From the NCBI GenBank assembly GCA_016764955.1, contig JAESQZ010000056.1, positions 1 through 45,610 on the forward strand: a stretch of 45,610 nucleotides of DNA. The letters are read 5' to 3'. Under the pieces are notes generated by a model. It worked only from the letters and a program-made list of their open reading frames with translations, did not search any database and was not told the DNA's origin. The stretch's first letter is position 1, and every line of letters begins with the position of its first letter. The stretch comes from Deltaproteobacteria bacterium. Its GTDB lineage: Bacteria > Myxococcota > UBA727 > JABDBI01. The position numbers and the translations under genes were made by a program. Positions 42,208-45,610 of the stretch are shown one piece after another.

Positions 42208-42468
42208 CTAAGCACATTCCAATCCTTTGATGTGTCTATTGAAATAAGCACCTTTAGAACCAGCTCCCTCAAAGGAATCAAAGTTTCTTCGTGTAATGTT
42301 ACAATAATTGTATGTTCTTCCAGGTAATTCGATACTCATAGTGTTATCCTCAAACCAATTTACAGTTCCAACAAATGAACTTGACTGAGTAAATGATTCT
42401 TCTCTGTCTGCTCCAATTAGTGCAGCAGTTAATACTTTGGATTTGAAATTGAAACTAGCTTTTTTTTT
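42208..42468 (-). CDS. -1 frame extension of 42429..42617 with no start codon at its 5' end
   Basis: 86 sense codons run from the A9 tract to the TAG at 42208-42210: KKKASFNFKSKVLTAALIGADREESFTQSSSFVGTVNWFEDNTMSIELPGRTYNYCNITRRNFDSFEGAGSKGAYFNRHIKGLECA. The frame is closed by a TAA (42475-42477) two codons before the tract. The first in-frame ATG appears only at 42339. Confidence 0.45.
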   Translation of the reverse strand, partial: KKKASFNFKSKVLTAALIGADREESFTQSSSFVGTVNWFEDNTMSIELPGRTYNYCNITRRNFDSFEGAGSKGAYFNRHIKGLECA

Positions 42469-42617
42469 GTTAGTTTAGTTAATGCTTGGAGTGCATCCTT
42501 GTAATTGAAATGTGTCCATCGGGCAATTGATGCAGCTATTGCTTCCATGTTTTCTCCAGGACCTGATTTTCCTCCATATTTTTTCAAGGCCTTTTTAGCT
42601 ACTACTTCTAAACTCAT
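42429..42617 (-). CDS. hypothetical 62-aa protein carrying a slippery tract near its 3' end
   Basis: The ORF ends ...LTKLTKKKLVSISNPKY. The codons aca aaa aaa aag contain A_AAA_AAG. Confidence 0.6.
   Translation of the reverse strand: MSLEVVAKKALKKYGGKSGPGENMEAIAASIARWTHFNYKDALQALTKLTKKKLVSISNPKY
42459..42465 (-). promoter_or_regulatory. candidate -1 ribosomal slippery heptamer A_AAA_AAG
   Basis: Lies within the T9 run at 42460-42468 (A9 on the minus strand), in the correct X_XXY_YYZ phase for the zero frame, followed by GCT. Confidence 0.45.
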
Positions 42618-42619
42618 GA

Positions 42620-43330
42620 TTAATTATCCTCCTCATCAGAGATTAATGTTACGGGTCCTAATGACTCATATTTCTTGATGAGTGATTTGTCATTGGATTT
42701 TATCTTAATTGATTTGATTCTGAGTTTGTCTAGTGGAATATCTCTATCCATTCTGACTTCAGCCTGATCAGCATAGTTTGCATCCATCCTCCCATCCTTT
42801 TTAGTTTCTGTTGTTTCACCTAAATCTCTAAAGAAGGGATCATAAGTGACAGCTTCTGCTCCATTAGAACGAACATCATCTCCATCATACTCTATTGTAA
42901 CTCCAGAATCATAAATGTCTGCCATCTCTTCATTTGGTGTTACTGCAGTGAATTGATAGCGGAATCTTTTCTCATCTTCACCTACTCCAGTAGTTCCGTT
43001 TTTTAGATATGCATCAAGTTCTGCAATAGCAGTTCCTCTAAAAAATGATGGAGAGTCTTTGAGCTGTTCTCTTGATAGTTTGTTTGTATTCTCAATGTCT
43101 GCCAAGAAATTATTGTACATTTTTCCAAGCTCTTTATTCTGTGATGCAATATCTTCCCAAATTGCTTTGAGGCCTTGAGGATTATCTCCAACTGAAACAA
43201 TTGTGTAATGATTCATTATTCCTCTGAGATTATCATCAACTGAAAATCCTTGAGGATCATAGTTATGTTTCTTGTACATTGCTGAAACTTGATCAGTCTC
43301 TTTGATGTGAGTGATTCCAGCTTCAATCAT
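42620..43330 (-). CDS. ADP-ribosyltransferase-like minor head protein candidate
   Basis: 236 aa from the first ATG. The spaced motifs SFFRG (R98), YQFTAVT (T128-T131) and DQAEV (Q189-x-E191) fit the R / S-T-S / Q-x-E pattern of C3/C2-type ARTs. Its position next to the portal matches phage MuF-associated toxin domains. By eye only. Confidence 0.35.
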   Translation of the reverse strand: MIEAGITHIKETDQVSAMYKKHNYDPQGFSVDDNLRGIMNHYTIVSVGDNPQGLKAIWEDIASQNKELGKMYNNFLADIENTNKLSREQLKDSPSFFRGTAIAELDAYLKNGTTGVGEDEKRFRYQFTAVTPNEEMADIYDSGVTIEYDGDDVRSNGAEAVTYDPFFRDLGETTETKKDGRMDANYADQAEVRMDRDIPLDKLRIKSIKIKSNDKSLIKKYESLGPVTLISDEEDN

Positions 43331-43624
43331 TGCTCTTGAATCTTCTTTAGTTTTATCGTAGGATTTCTTTATCTCCGTATTCCTGACTTTAGTTGCTTCT
43401 TTTCTTTTAGACTCATCTTTTGGAGCAGGAGAATCCTTCTTTGATGGTTCTTTTGATTCAGGATTATTTTTCTCTAAATCATCAAAGAAACTTTTGATTG
43501 CTTCTCCCTTATCTTCCCCTTCAGGAATGAAAATATGATGTCCTTTAGCTGTAATCCATTCTCCAGGTTTATCTTCAGCAGCATTTAGAGCCTTTAGTTG
43601 TCTAGCTAGTAGAGCTTTTTTTTT
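43331..43624 (-). CDS. start-less upstream continuation of 42620..43330, in the -1 frame of the portal gene
   Basis: 98 sense codons with no ATG, GTG or TTG and no stop: KKKALLARQLKALNAAEDKPGEWITAKGHHIFIPEGEDKGEAIKSFFDDLEKNNPESKEPSKKDSPAPKDESKRKEATKVRNTEIKKSYDKTKEDSRA. They run straight into MIEAG. The frame opens after a TAG at 43640-43642. I checked it triplet by triplet. Confidence 0.55.
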
Positions 43625-45345
43625 CCATCTAACTTTTGTCTAGTCTTATCTAGCTTCAATTTAGAGCCATCACCCAAATCAATACCCTTTCCATCTCCAG
43701 AACCTCCAGGAGTTGTCTCTGCTCCTTCCTCAACTTTATCTACATAGTTTTCAATTCCAGCTAGTTCTCCAAAGTCTTCATCTTTTAGTTGCTTTCTTGA
43801 ATCCAAGTCCATTACTGCCTCAATCTTATCAAACCATTCCTCTATTCTGAGATCATCCCAAGCTAGTTTGATTCTGAATTTCTTGAGGAACTCTGAATTC
43901 TTTTTGTCATTTGCGTATAGTAATCTAAACCATCTCTGATACCATTGTGAAGATATTTGTCGTCCAATCATGTTTCGTAATGGATTAATTACTGTAGATG
44001 TTGCAAGCTGAATCTTTCCAATCATTGTAGCTCTGTTTGATTGTGATTCATCATAGAACATTGATTGAGGTAATCCTATTGTACTAACACAATATCTCAA
44101 AAGAAATTCTACTAAATCTTTAAACTCTGTAACTTTTGGTTGGAAATCTACAGTATGATGTGTTACATCTTCAGGATTTTCAAGTAAAATATTTGGACCT
44201 CCTCTAACTAGATTACTTGCAATATCTTGATACTCTTCTTGTTTCTCTTTTTTTGTATTTCCTTGAGGCCTTACTGTCATGACATACATTCCAGCCCATG
44301 TAGCCTCAGCCATTGCAGGGAAGTTTACACCAATCATTTTTCTAATTACTCTAGATGCATCAAGCATCGGTAATGCCATTGAATCACCATATAACCAGGA
44401 GTTTCTTGTTTTAGCAGAGATAACAGGATTCCAAAGATAAATCATATCTCTAGCTGGAACTTGAGCGTATGCGTTTCTCCACTGTACAGATTTTAATCTC
44501 CATGTTTTAGGATCAGCTTGGATTATTCCCAAATCTCTAGCATGTGCAAATTTCATTGATGAGGGAATTTGTGGATAATGTTTGCCATCAATCTTTACAG
44601 GAGTATCATATCCAAAGATGAGAGCTGCTCTATTGAATAGATTAGTACATGAAATTAATGCTGTAATTTTTTCTTGAAATGATGTGTCAAGTTCTCCATC
44701 ATGATCACGATTTAGTTGGTTATCAATTGCAATTAGTGAATCTATGATTTTTTGAGCTTCTGGAGATTCCATATCTGCTTTGTCTTTTTTCTGATCACCT
44801 GAAGGATTGATTAGTTCTAGTTCAGGTTTGAATCCAGTTCCAACAATAAATTTAGTTAATGCCTCCATTAGTGGACCAATGAAGGTTTGTCTTGCCATTG
44901 CTTCTAATACAATGTAATCTAGATCCTGCATTGGATTGACAAAATATGAGAAAACCTCAAAGTTATTTCTTCGAGTTGTTACATCTGCTGCAGTTAATGG
45001 AGCTCCAGTTATAGGATCAGCAACAGATAATGACATTTGAGGAATCCAATTATCTACAACTTCTGGATCATACTGTGCTTCAGTGTTCATCCAAGATGCT
45101 TTGATTTGATGCATAGAGTTTAGGATTGGTCCTCCTGCATGTGAGATTTTTACATTAGTTGCTTTTCCTGATTGGTCTTTGATTATCTCTTTTACAAATG
45201 GTTTGAATCCATCAACTGAGAGAGAAGTGATTTGTTTTGCTTTTGCTTTAGGATTAAATGTTGGAATGGAAGTGTTAGGGATAATTTCAATTTTCTCAGG
45301 AACGTTTGGTTTCTCATGGTATGGAGTTCCTATTGGGGATTTCAT
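43606..45345 (-). CDS. portal protein candidate
   Basis: 579 aa. It is the largest head-module gene, upstream of the scaffold and capsid genes, and adjacent to terL if the window ends are joined. I read no diagnostic motif. Confidence 0.6.
   Translation of the reverse strand: MKSPIGTPYHEKPNVPEKIEIIPNTSIPTFNPKAKAKQITSLSVDGFKPFVKEIIKDQSGKATNVKISHAGGPILNSMHQIKASWMNTEAQYDPEVVDNWIPQMSLSVADPITGAPLTAADVTTRRNNFEVFSYFVNPMQDLDYIVLEAMARQTFIGPLMEALTKFIVGTGFKPELELINPSGDQKKDKADMESPEAQKIIDSLIAIDNQLNRDHDGELDTSFQEKITALISCTNLFNRAALIFGYDTPVKIDGKHYPQIPSSMKFAHARDLGIIQADPKTWRLKSVQWRNAYAQVPARDMIYLWNPVISAKTRNSWLYGDSMALPMLDASRVIRKMIGVNFPAMAEATWAGMYVMTVRPQGNTKKEKQEEYQDIASNLVRGGPNILLENPEDVTHHTVDFQPKVTEFKDLVEFLLRYCVSTIGLPQSMFYDESQSNRATMIGKIQLATSTVINPLRNMIGRQISSQWYQRWFRLLYANDKKNSEFLKKFRIKLAWDDLRIEEWFDKIEAVMDLDSRKQLKDEDFGELAGIENYVDKVEEGAETTPGGSGDGKGIDLGDGSKLKLDKTRQKLDGKKKLY
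43615..43621 (-). promoter_or_regulatory. candidate -1 ribosomal slippery heptamer A_AAA_AAG
   Basis: The portal frame reads gat gga aaa aaa aag ctc tac tag. The heptamer is in X_XXY_YYZ phase within the T9 run at 43617-43625, followed by GCT as at the other site. Confidence 0.5.
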
Positions 45346-45503
45346 TAGTCCAAGGCCTCAATAGTTTTTAGTACATCTAAAGAATCCTCGATAGTAATTG
45401 ATTTTTTAATTCCTCCTCCTGCATGTGAATAATCTTTTTCTAGATTTGCTGATTTACTAGGTCCATTGACATATTCTTTTAACAGTTCCTCTTGATTTTC
45501 CAA
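45345..45503 (-). CDS. possible 52-aa ORF, TTG start
   Basis: (M)ENQEELLKEYVNGPSKSANLEKDYSHAGGGIKKSITIEDSLDVLKTIEALD. TAATG overlap with the portal ATG. Confidence 0.3.
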   Translation of the reverse strand: MENQEELLKEYVNGPSKSANLEKDYSHAGGGIKKSITIEDSLDVLKTIEALD

Positions 45504-45610
45504 TGGAATAATTTATGGAAGTATCTTAAAGAGAAATAATACAATCATTTTAACGATTAATCATAGGATGGAATCCCATGTGTTGCATTATCTTCTTTTT
45601 GTATTTTTTA

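Noticed and set aside
1-45610. Provirus boundaries (direct att repeats with flanking host genes), CRISPR arrays, rRNA genes, transposases or auxiliary metabolic genes such as amoC.
   Set aside because: I could not find any. There are no long-range direct repeats at the window edges, no cellular-looking genes, no transposase motifs and no membrane-protein ORF resembling AmoC.

Overview
This is an AT-rich 45.6-kb window (about one-third G+C by eye). Every credible protein gene lies on the minus strand, and most are joined by 1-4 nt stop/start overlaps (TAATG, ATGA, TGATG). I see no cellular genes. The content reads as a temperate head-tailed virus, probably archaeal, in an excised or circularly permuted arrangement.

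Gene order on the minus strand, from the high end:
- Head module: portal candidate (43606-45345), an ADP-ribosyltransferase-like protein, small proteins, a scaffold/protease-like protein, a decoration-like protein and a major capsid candidate (37311-38438).
- Connector and tail genes: these include a 734-aa protein built from a 20-aa (60-bp) repeat, a triplicated beta-rich domain, and large adhesins with FN3 and CBM5/12-like modules.
- Membrane proteins and an HExxH protein, then a tyrosine integrase (18658-20247) followed by a 536-nt non-coding region.
- A long early operon rich in zinc-ribbon micro-proteins. It encodes an HNH nuclease, Dam-like and ParB/MT-A70 methyltransferases, a HerA/FtsK-like ATPase and a PAPS-reductase-like protein.
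- One plus-strand tRNA-Phe-like gene, then the small and large terminase (384-2186).

Most interesting observations:
1. Two identical A9-GCT tracts contain the slippery heptamer A_AAA_AAG, one at the 3' end of the portal gene and one in a 62-aa gene. Each opens a long -1 frame that has no start codon at its 5' end. This is either programmed frameshifting or homopolymer miscalls that hide fusion proteins.
2. A GAATAGTTC-like box sits 28-30 nt upstream of ten structural-gene start codons.
3. An 11-mer, GCCTAGATATG, occurs four times, and three copies carry a start codon.
4. Chains of overlap-coupled micro-ORFs fall below the 60-aa track cutoff.

Limits: all function calls rest on motifs I could read by eye, with no searches run. 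The ORF track uses TTG/GTG starts, so many 5' ends are uncertain.
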